From assembly GCA_050084515.1 (NCBI GenBank), contig CM114271.1, positions 8,432,001-8,496,000 of the forward strand: 64,000 nt of DNA, in the 5' to 3' direction. The notes under the pieces are model-generated. The model saw only the letters and a list, made by a program, of their open reading frames with translations. It was not told the origin of the DNA and searched no databases. Position numbers and translations under genes: made by a program. Of this stretch, positions 50,447-60,758 are shown piece by piece (position 1 is the first letter of the stretch; each line of letters begins with the position of its first letter). Source of the DNA: Blasia pusilla (taxonomy: Eukaryota).

Positions 50447-53400
50447 CTGTACTCATTAAGTAGTGCCTGTCGTAGTCTTGCGACCATAGACCCCGCGCCC
50501 TGGTTGGACGGTGCTTGAGACTGGGATGGGTGTAGAGAGAGAAGCAAGTGAAGAAGGTACCATATGAGAGGAGGGAGACACTCTCATATAGTGTGAGTGC
50601 TGACCAAACAACGTGTTTGTGCGGAGCTTCCAAGTGTCAACCAAGAAGCTCTTCACCACACCATCTACTTTACCTGATTGGGATCCCCAATAGACATTAC
50701 TTACTTGTGCAGCAGCTTTGGGCAATGAATCAAGGCTCTGAATGTGTTGAACAATTCTGGTGCTACCGCTTAGCAATACCAAAGATATGCTCTTGCTCTG
50801 TGTGTTGTGAATTTTGCGCAGAGACCAAGTAATGACTAGAGGTTTCGTCCCCATCATCACACAAGGCGCAAGATTTTAGTTGTGTTCCCATCCCGCTTTT
50901 CTTATGGTTCAGGGGATTGCCCCATCCTGAACTTGAACTTGAGCCGGGTTCCCAAGCAAGGGTTCCCGCAAATAGTTCTTGATTCGCCCTCTCCGGATAT
51001 ACCGTCAAAAGAGAGGTCGACATTTTCATGGCTTCCTCCATGTTGTTCTGCTTTGTGAGCGTTTGCCCACCGCTTTGGTTATGGTATCCACGAATGCTTT
51101 CTCATCTTGCTCCCCACAGTTCAGGCCTGCTGAGCTTGGATGCTTGCACAATCTCTTGAACCTTTTTCGCCCAAGATTTGGCCTGCTTTTACGGGTCTTC
51201 TTTGGGTCCAGGTTTTCCCAATCACCTCTTTAGGATAGCGATGGGAGTCCATTGTCTCCAGCTGCCTCCGGCATTTCAACTTGGCGATGTCACGTCTATC
51301 CTCCAAGGGTTCCACACCTAGTTCGATCTCACACCAACGCTGGTGTTCGTGATGAAGTTGACATCATACCCCAAACGCCTTCACCACACTGACTTCAAGC
51401 CTATCCCTTTGTTTGGTGTTGGCATCCCACACTCTGCCCGTATTCCAGCGAGGGACGAATGGTATGCAAAATGACACAGCGCTATACTACGATGTGATGT
51501 CCCGGCACTGTAGAAATCTGGACAGACCGTTCACCTTCTTGTGGCCTTTCTCAGTAGTCTTCTTAATGTGTGCATCCCACATGCAATCTTCCGAGAATTC
51601 TATGCCCAAATAGGTGTAGGTAGCCACACGGGGGATCTCTTGGTCACCCCAGTACCACTTTTGGTCTTGGTCCTCCTCCTTGCCATTGAAAATCATCACA
51701 CCGCACTTCAGTACATTTGCCTCCATGCCCCACATGTCACACCAGATTTTGGTCAGGGAGATCATCTCTTGGAGTTTCTCTCCTATTTCCTCGAGGCCAC
51801 CAAAGTCATCAACAAACATCAGGGAAACAATAGAGCTGTTGCCCATTCGTATGCCTAGTCCACTATCCTCCATTTCTTCCAATAGGGAATTCACGAAAAT
51901 GTTGAAGAGGGTGGGGGAGAGCGGGCATCCTTGAGCCACTCCTTGCTTGATGTCGAATGTCCCACTCTATTGGCCATTCACCAGAACTCTACTCCTTGTG
52001 TTTTGGTACATCTTCTCCACCACCCTCCACATTTTCCCTCTCAGCCCCGCCTTCCACAAGCTATAAGAAAGCCCGTCACGCCATACAGTGTCATATGCCT
52101 TCTTCAGGTCCAAGAAGAAGCAATAGGTGGGTTTCCCCTCTTTTTTCCTACCCTGGATGATCTGACTGAAGGTGAAGATGTGGTCCACGCATCCTCGGGC
52201 TTGCCGGAAGCTAGCCTGGCCTTCCTTGATGACAGAATTCTCCTCCAGGTGCACAGAGATCCTATTGTTGAGTATACGGCAAAGGAGCTTCCCGACTACA
52301 CTCAGCAATGTAATACCCCTGTAGTTTCCAGGGTCTTCTCACTCACCCTTCTTGAAGAGGTTCACGATGACTCCCATCCGCCATCTTTGTGGGATGACTT
52401 ACGCCCGCTGGACTGGTTGAAGAGACTCACTAGAGAACGAGCCATAGCAAAGATCGCCATACTTCAACAGCTCATTCACAAGCTCATCACCACCTTTGCT
52501 TTGTGGTTCACAAGTTCTTTGATCGCTGCTCCCACCTCAGCCAGGAAGAACCAATCATTATATGCGTTGCCCACTCAACCTCATCATCCGCCTTCTCCCG
52601 TTGTATCTTTACAAAATCCTCCACCACCCTCTCAAGTTCGCTCTTCAAGGGATGTCCGAGCGGGCTTCTGCCTAACTCCTTGTAATGGCCTTCCAACACA
52701 TGTCGGATCTATTTATTTGTGGTCACCATTCCACCGTCTTTTCTCTTCAAGGCCTTTACGTCGTTTCGTCCCTGGCCTTGCTCAATTTCTGCACTTCCAT
52801 CCGAACTTTTTTCGATTCTTAGTGAAATTCTCATTGATGGATGAGTATGTGGCTTGGTTCATTTTCTTCTTGTGCATGCGCACGAGAATACGGGTTTCCT
52901 TGCGTAGGGCCACATACTCTGCCCACAAGGATGCATCGTCCCTGTCTTTGGCACTTGTGACATACGCTTCCCTTCGTTTGGCAATGGCTGCCTTGAGTTC
53001 CAAGGACCACCATTTGACGGCTCTGCCGCATATTATCAATTTCCTGCCGACAGCAATCTTGGTGGCATCTGTCACTCCACACTCCCACCATGCTAGCACC
53101 ATGTCCACACTTGTTCTTGTGAACCCAAAGGTCTTGACGGTAGATTCAATGAAAGTGTCAAATGCCAAGAGATTTTCTTCTAGCTTGCCAATGTACACCT
53201 TCTTGTTGCCCTCATCTTGGAAGTCCTCTATCCTCCATTTCTTGATCACCCTCTTCACTGGTTTGGTCGAGCATTTTAGCCTTTGTTGCAACTCTATCCA
53301 GACCAATGAATGATCCGATCTTCCAATGTCTCGTCGCATCCCTTTGTGATCTTGCCCCTGCGTGTGTAGAGTTCCTCATCCACGGCTATGTAGTCCACAA

Positions 53401-55199
53401 TGGAGCTCTCATTCTCCTTGAAGTTGACCCTAGTCCAAGCCGGGGATCCCACCTTATGCCTATCATTAAGTGCCATGAGTTGAAGTTCCCTCAACATCGT
53501 GAAGTCGTGTGCCATTGCCATTCACTCTCACATCTCCAAACATCCCGATCTCCGCTTGGGGATCGGTGCCTTGCCCCAACTAGTGTTGAAGTCTCCCAAA
53601 GCAAGACTATGTTCCCCTTTGTCCGGAACCCAAGGCAATCAGTTTTCACACTATCAAACGCTGCCCATTCTGCAGATTCACTATTTGTAGGCATGTAAAT
53701 ACACCCGATATACATATCCCATGAGTTGCACTCAGCTCGGACTTTGACCCATATCTTTGTGTTCATACTCGAGGCCCTATCTTGATGATCTCACACCTAT
53801 CCACCATGAAGTCTCGATGAAGAACCCGACACCCTTCATACCTCTGTTGTTGTTCGCCTGGAGTCTTTGCACATCTTTCCAAACCATGCATAGTGTGGTA
53901 CATGGGGTATTTCCATTAACTTGGTTTCCCAAGTTTCTGACCCCCATATATGTATTTGATTTTTCAGCAAAACTTCAGCAACCTCCAGTGCTTCATTGCA
54001 TGGGTCGGTCCCACGAAGTTCTAGGTACTCAAACGGAGACTGTCACTAAGTGGGTTGGGGATCGGCGGGCACGCTTTTGGCGTCGTGTGTGGTCGCTGCG
54101 ACATGGAACCTCTTCATGTGCAGGCTCTTCATCGCTGGTCCCTTGGAGAACACTAAAGACATTATGTGTGTAGATCACCAGCGGTTTTGTGGAGATGGGC
54201 CTTTCCTTCAAGTGGAACCACCCTCGACTACCATAGCCCTCGGTTGTACCCACGTCTCAGATCTTGAGACACATGGTTTTTGTTGCAAGCCAAGTATTGG
54301 CCTCCTCGCCCTTGATAGACGCCTTGAAGATACATTGATTGCCGTTCATCATCCGAGTAACCCCAAAGCAGAGCAGGGTGAATTGAAAGCCCAAAGTCGC
54401 GCACATGATCTTAAATGAGACAAAGTCTCTGTGGGGACGACACCGAAAATGATCATGTGGAACCGTGGTCTCCTCTTGTAGACCAGATTGAACTCGCTGC
54501 CCAGGTCCGAACTCCGGGGGCCTTTGAGCGTCTCACATAAACATGCCGGTATTCCCCACCCGGCTTGGGGATCTTTGGGCTTTGGTATGCGCCTTTGATA
54601 GGTGAACGATACTCCTCACACAGGCTTGGGAGGACGGAGATATGTTGGGCTCAAGGCCGCTGATTATATGTAGAGGTTTGGCAAACAACTGATTTAGGAT
54701 CGGGGAGAATGTTTAAGCTCCCGGCCGAGAGTCAGGACAGGGGACTCGCTGTCCTATTTGTCTTGGAGGGTGCCTCCAGCGGCAGGGTGCCCAAAGAGAG
54801 CCCGCTTGTTACCCCTAGAGATCATCACTACCTGCCAAGGTGAACAGCCCTGGCATTCAACTGCAGAGGAGGGCCCGTGAATCCAGTTTCAAAAGAAGGA
54901 GAGGTCTCCATTTCTCCAACTAAGTCCACTGGATACCTTACTTGTGGCACAACTGCCACAAGTCACATGGATTACATGACACACTAATCCACACCTACCA
55001 ACCAGGGGAACGACATCGCAAGCTCACTCTGAGTTCCAACTACAAAGACAATGGGCAACTCGACAGAGAGTATTGCTATATTGCTTGCACGCGGTTCACT
55101 CATTATAAGCTACCCATGAGCAGTGCTTTAGAACATGTCGTCCCAACATACCAGGCCTGTTGGGACTTGTAGTTTTGGGGTTTAGACCCAACCAGGCCG
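50447..55199 (-). mobile_element. Non-LTR retrotransposon (LINE; APE endonuclease, RT, C-terminal CCHC-like)
   Basis: APE (IGCIYMP, SIVDYI, SDHSLV); RT (FFLDLKKAYD, AQGCPLSP, LMFVDD, YTYLG); CALCDDGDETSSHYL. 15-bp TSD gagaggaagagagga at 50432-50446 and 55200-55214. Confidence 0.9.
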
Positions 55200-55594
55200 G
55201 AGAGGAAGAGAGGAGAGAGGAGAGAGGAAGACAGGAGACAGGAAACTACCTTCAACCGAAATAGATACTTTTTTTTTAAGAGAGTTTCCGTTGGGTTGAA
55301 GAGAGGAAACTTTTTGTTTGAATTTGTTTGCACTTTTTTTTTCATATATTAAGCCGTCCCACAGTTTTTTTTTCCTCTTCCATATTTTGGCAACCCCTCT
55401 GAGTCCGACGAGTTGCAAATTGCACAAAATTTAAAAAACTGAAAAATCAGTGGAATCATAAGTGTGGAACCAATCACTTTTTCCATCTAAGGTCTGGAAA
55501 AAATCTATCATTTGCCCCGGGCTTAATAGAGTTCAAGCTCAAAGTGAAGGTTTAGGAAAAATAAAAGTACAATCTAAAACCTCATTTTGCATCC

Positions 55595-58500
55595 TCAAAG
55601 TGGTTTGTTTAAGATACTTCGCACTTCTTTGAGGGACAAAATTGGTTGGTGGATTCCTACTCCTACCTCCAACTCTCTTAAAACTACCAGCAACACATAC
55701 TACATGTGCTTACAAGGGAAATACCTTTTGCCACTTGTCTCTCTTTGGACAAAGTCATCACATGAACATGTGGGAAAGCAACAGATGTGCACCACATACA
55801 CCCCTGTGACACTTGAATTTCTGATGTTGTTCTGACCCAATACATCCTTCCTATTCCATTGCCACTCAAGACATCTTTCGTGGCGATGATCTCCATTTTT
55901 GCCTCCCGAGCTGATGCGATTCGCTTTGCTCTCTCCACCATTGGCCTACACATTTTGTTTCTCTTCACCCCATTTCTAGACTCAAACAGAAATAATGGAT
56001 TGAGATCATCCACCTTCTCTGGGTACATGTTGACATCAATCTTGGGTTGAATACGAAATGCAAAGGTCTCTGTAATGCGAACATGCTCCGAACTTCCCCC
56101 GTATACGAGTCTGAAACCGGCACTTGTAAGATTGTCCACTTCGTCTTGAGTGCAGTTCGTACCTGCGGCGATGGGCCAAATCGTGGGGGTATTCCCGGGA
56201 GCTCCAATGGCAGCCGAATTAGACTTTGGGAAAGCGTAAGATTCATTTGGGCAGAAGAAGTACTTCAATTGATCCCCGGTCCTCGTGAAACGATCAAAGG
56301 TTTTGAGTCCCCAAAACCCAAGCAGTGGTCGTCCAGTCCTTGTACAGTTCTTATTTAGGAAAGTGCTGCATGCTCTCCTAATGCCATCAGATCCTGCCCT
56401 GCAGGTGGGTCCACGTCCTTGGTTGCTCCGAGATATATGCCACCGTTTTAGGTTGCAATCCACCTCAATTACCGGAATCCCATATTGTTGAACCACCCCA
56501 GTGACAGGATGTTGGGAACTTCCAGCAACGGAGGGCTTTTCAAATAAAACATTCACTGATTTTGGAGAAGTAACTCCATCACAGATTTGGGACGGGTCCG
56601 GGGTCCCCAAATACCTGGGCGGCGTAATTTCCTCATCCAAATCAATCACCAGATTCGTTCCTCGATGCTGCCTCTTCACCTGCCTGAAGTCAAGATACTT
56701 ATCTAGTCTCCACGAGTCTCGCTCGGACTGCTCTATCACCATCTGTATGGGACGTCTTGAAACCCACCCACGAATATCCCCACCAATGTGTACGTCTTGC
56801 TCGAGTGGAGTTCCAGCTACGCACCGGTTGAAGGCTTCCACATACATTTTTTCATCACCAGATCTCACAACCGCCTTGACATAGAGGTCGTAGATCGACG
56901 GCCCCTTTCCTTTTATTATGCCTTTCGTGAGGAAGATATGGGATGCTGCAGACTGTAGCATTGCTCTTGCCTGGTCTTGTTGGCATGCCTCCACAAGTGA
57001 AATTCGTTGGCATGCTTGTGACGACCTCCAAGAGGAATGAACACTTTCTGCTCCACTTGTGTTGGGGCAGAGGGCATTTTCATGAATGTTCAATCCTTGC
57101 AACGACGGCAATGTTAGAAAGGAACGAAAATAACTCAGGAGTCAAAGAAATAAGGGACCTGTCGGAACCAGACGAGTTGCAGGCCGGAGGCATCCCATGA
57201 ACGACTTTGCGACCCGTCGGGTCCCGACGTGTTGTAACCTTAAACCCACCTACTGCAACCCGTCGGAACCCGACGGGTTGCAAGGCTGAGGCATCCCATG
57301 AACGACTCTGTGACCCGTCGGGTCCCGACGGGTTGCACACTCGCGTTGCACCAAAAATCTGGATGCAACCCGTCGGTTTCCGTCGGGTTGCACACTCGGG
57401 AAACCCGTCGCATCCGACAGCTTGCTTGGTTTCTTGGGTTTGAAATCCATATAGCTCCCACGCTTCTCACCCTGAGCTACAACTTTACAAAAAATTCTCA
57501 GCGTGAGCTTGACAAGACAAAATAGTGAACTCACCTGCCGCATGAAGTTTCCCCATTGTCTCATACGTACAGTCCACCAACTCAACCAAGAGCACAATTC
57601 TTTGTACTTCCCCTCAATCGCATGCTTCCTCCACCACCCATGAAGTTCTTCCTGGCATTCCATGGCCTGCTTCAAGGTTTTGCTGTCCTTGCAGCGTTGG
57701 AGTAGAGTGACATGCTCTGTCCTCTTATTCTTCTTGATGCAAGATTTGGTGTACCGGGTCACAGACTGTTGCCAATGGAAAGCATCCGACCTTTCCCTCT
57801 CCGGTTGAACCTCTCCACCCCAGAACACTTCCCAGATAGCAATCCACCCAGGTTGTGCATTGTCTCCCATGAACCCATAAATTTTCGGAGGTGGCCTTTT
57901 GTTTTCCTTCACCACATCCAATAAGAGTAACCAACACATCTTCAAACTGCCAACGTTTTCTGCCTTTACTTCACAGACAAATATAGTTTTGAGTCCCTTC
58001 TCCACATGGTCATAAACGTGAGCACCCATCGTCAACCATCCGTTCAGCACCCTGTAGCAAATATCAAAGCTTACCCAACTCCCGTAAAGATCTTCCCCTT
58101 CCCTCATTCGATCTATAAGATCGAGGCCACTCGACAGACCTATGGTTGATATTTTGAAGACATAGGCCCTGGAGCCCTCGCCTCCTTGGCCCATGAACTG
58201 CCATCTCTGAATGAATGGAAATCTGGAGTTGGCCTTGATTCTGGCGATGGCATCCATTTCGGCCGTCTTTCCATCCAGAACTCGTATTTGACGCAACAAA
58301 TTTCGGAAGCATTCAGGATCAGCGAGAAATGCGAGATTTTCCCAGAGTTGTTTCTCCTCAACCGCCGTGATCTTGCCCTGTCCAGGGATTCCAAGCAATT
58401 GTTCACAAATTTGTGATGCCGTTGTGAGCTTGATCACTCCGGGCTTTGAACCCGGAGAGTTTCTGTAGACCTCGGCTACTTTCTTCGCCACATCCTCCTT

Positions 58501-59546
58501 GATGTGTCTTGAATTGCATCGGTCACAGGATGAGTGTGGGAGCCAACATGAACTGCCAGCCTTGTATATTCTGACGTGGAGCCCAAGTCGTGGACAATGA
58601 AAAATATGTATGCAGGACACGCTCCAACGCAAAAGGGCGATGCCTGACAATGAGGACATCGATGGCCTCCCGGCGGTATGGTGGCACCCACCTCGTATGG
58701 AGTTTCTGCATTCTTGGGAGGGAATTACGACGTATTGACTCGCCCATTGCGCTCTGGATACGGGCATGCTCGACTTCTAGACTCCAAGGCTCCCACGCAT
58801 TGGCGGCGGGAGACAATCCAAGGACCATCTGGAATGGAAGCACTAGTCCATTGAAGCCTGCACCATCGATGACAATCAGACTTTCTGTCCATACCCTTTA
58901 GGCGTCCTCCATCCTTCTTTTGAGCAAGAGCAACAAGTGGAGGCAACTCAAAAATGCAATTACCATCGTACGTGGGCGGCAGCTCGTCGACAAGAATGTG
59001 CTTGAACATTTTCAAGGCCAGAGACAAAAGCAAACTTTTGCCTGATACTCGCAAGAGGAACGAGTAGGCGGACAAAGGGCCCGATTGGTGTCTGACAGAT
59101 CCATTGAGGTTGATAACATACGGAATCTCTTCAGCAAGAACAACATTGTTACGAGCGTGCGAAGTTGGAGTCGAAGCCGGATCTACAGAGCTTGAAGTTG
59201 CAAACGTAGAGCTCGGAGCACTAGGAAATTCTAGATCGTCTACTTGGGAAACAGACGAATTTAGGGGCAGGCCGTAAACTCTGTATTGACCATTTGCTAG
59301 AGGTAGGAGATTCCATACTTTACGGTCTGAGGTCACATGCTGGACCGTCTCATCTATTATGTCTTCCGTACCGTCCACCCTAACATCTTTGGATACAAAG
59401 ATGATTCCAATTTGGAGAAGAAATCGAACAGACAGAAAATTTTCATCCACTACTATGAAAGACTCACGAGTTTGGGGTTGAATGATTTCTGATTGAGGAA
59501 GGGCCTCCAGATGACTGCCACAAGGGAGCTTAACATAATTATCCAT
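55595..59546 (-). pseudogene. MULE-type transposase (copy 2), two exons
   Basis: Exon 1 59546-57535 has a Cys/His-rich N-terminus (CPHC..C..HTH), WVSFD, FMGD and DAFH. Intron 57534-57097 (acceptor AG mutated to AA). Exon 2 has NTSGAES and SWIM. A few frameshifts. Confidence 0.88.
57097..57534. repeat. Transposase intron with palindrome array
   Basis: For example tgcaacccgtcggaacccgacgggttgca near 57254; several copies between 57155 and 57425. Confidence 0.9.
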
Positions 59547-59819
59547 TCCAAGAAGATTCCAATAGGAGGAGACTGAGAATGAGAATGAGAATGAGAATGA
59601 GAATTTTTAATTTATAGTGAATAGGAAAACAGATATACTCTGTGATTTTCTTGACAAGATGAATTCGGTGGGTGACATTATCGACACAATGGATCCAGTC
59701 GTCAGAACACATTCAATTCTGTTGCAATATGTTACCGGATTTGGGAAGCAGAGGGTTGCGAATCACACTTGGAAACCGTTCGAGTCCTGGTAACTCAAAA
59801 ATTACCCGAAGCTAATCGA

Positions 59820-60372
59820 AGCCTGTAACCCGTCGGCTTCGGACGGGTTGCACGCTTCTGCCAAACATTGTCGAAGCGAGCAACCCGTCGCTCTCCGAGG
59901 AGTTGCTCAGATACCGCTCCTTCTTGCCCGAAGATGCCGGAGGCGTGCCAACCGTCTGTTCCCGAAGAGTTCTGCGGGTGCCTCACCTATTTTCCCAAAG
60001 ACGGCAAGGCGTGCAACCCGTCGCCCTCCAACGGGTTGCGCAAGGGCCTCGCCTTGTGGTGCTTACATGAAGTGTGCAGCCAGCCGGCCTCCGACGACTT
60101 GCACAGGAAGCCCGCATTCTTAACCCTTGACGAGGGAAGCGTGCAACCCAACGGTCTACGACGGATTGCCTGGGTACGTCCCATTCCCGTCCCAAACACG
60201 GCAGAGGCGCGCAACATGTCGGTCTCCCACGGGTTGCGCGGGTACCTCGCGTTCTTTTCCGAAGACAACGGAGGCGCCCAACCCGTCGGTCTCTGACGGG
60301 TTGCTCGCGCACATGGTGACGTTCCCAGGATGGCGGAGGCGGGCAACCTCTCGGACTCCGACGGGTTGCCAT
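59820..60372. repeat. Intergenic palindrome array, 63-68-bp period
   Basis: Unit starts at 59880, 59947, 60013, 60076, 60143, 60211, 60277 and 60343. Confidence 0.9.
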
Positions 60373-60429
60373 TTTTCACCTCCGGACTTCCGTAACCTCC
60401 GGCACGTCGCCGTCGAGAGGATGACGGGA

Positions 60430-60466
60430 CCCAACGGTCAGCCCAACGGCTAGAAAAGTATAAATA
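60430..60466 (+). promoter_or_regulatory. Two MSA-consensus motifs plus TATA box
   Basis: cccaacggtca (60430-60440) and cccaacggcta (60442-60452) both fit YCYAACGGYYA; tataaata at 60459. Confidence 0.6.
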
Positions 60467-60758
60467 GGGCAGAAATCGCTCATTTCCGGTTTCTCATTTT
60501 GTGATCTTCATTCCTCACTCTCCCGCGCAGTAGCTGATCAGATATGAAGGGGCATTTCACACGGCGACACATCGCGAGTCGATAGGAGGGAACGAGAGCG
60601 AGACGGTTCGACCGAACAAGAGCGAGACGGTTCGACTACACGATCACGAGACGATTCGAGCTACCCATCAAGGCGATTCGAGCTACCCATCTTGACATCA
60701 GCAAGGCGACTGATCAAGGGATTCGTCGTGGACATAGGTGGAGGCATTTCCAGAAAAA

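Noticed and set aside
51931-53313. 460-aa plus-strand ORF
   Set aside because: Antisense shadow of the LINE ORF2, with no recognisable motifs.
57250-58767. 505-aa ORF taken at face value
   Set aside because: The N-terminus is the wrong frame (frameshift near 58515) and the C-terminus reads into the intron past the donor at 57534.
59575-59605. (GAGAAT)n tract as a telomeric or independent repeat
   Set aside because: A short microsatellite in the transposase leader, present at the same position in three copies.
60590-60692. Two short tandem duplications in the accessory-gene leader
   Set aside because: Not seen in copy 1; ordinary slippage or repair duplications.
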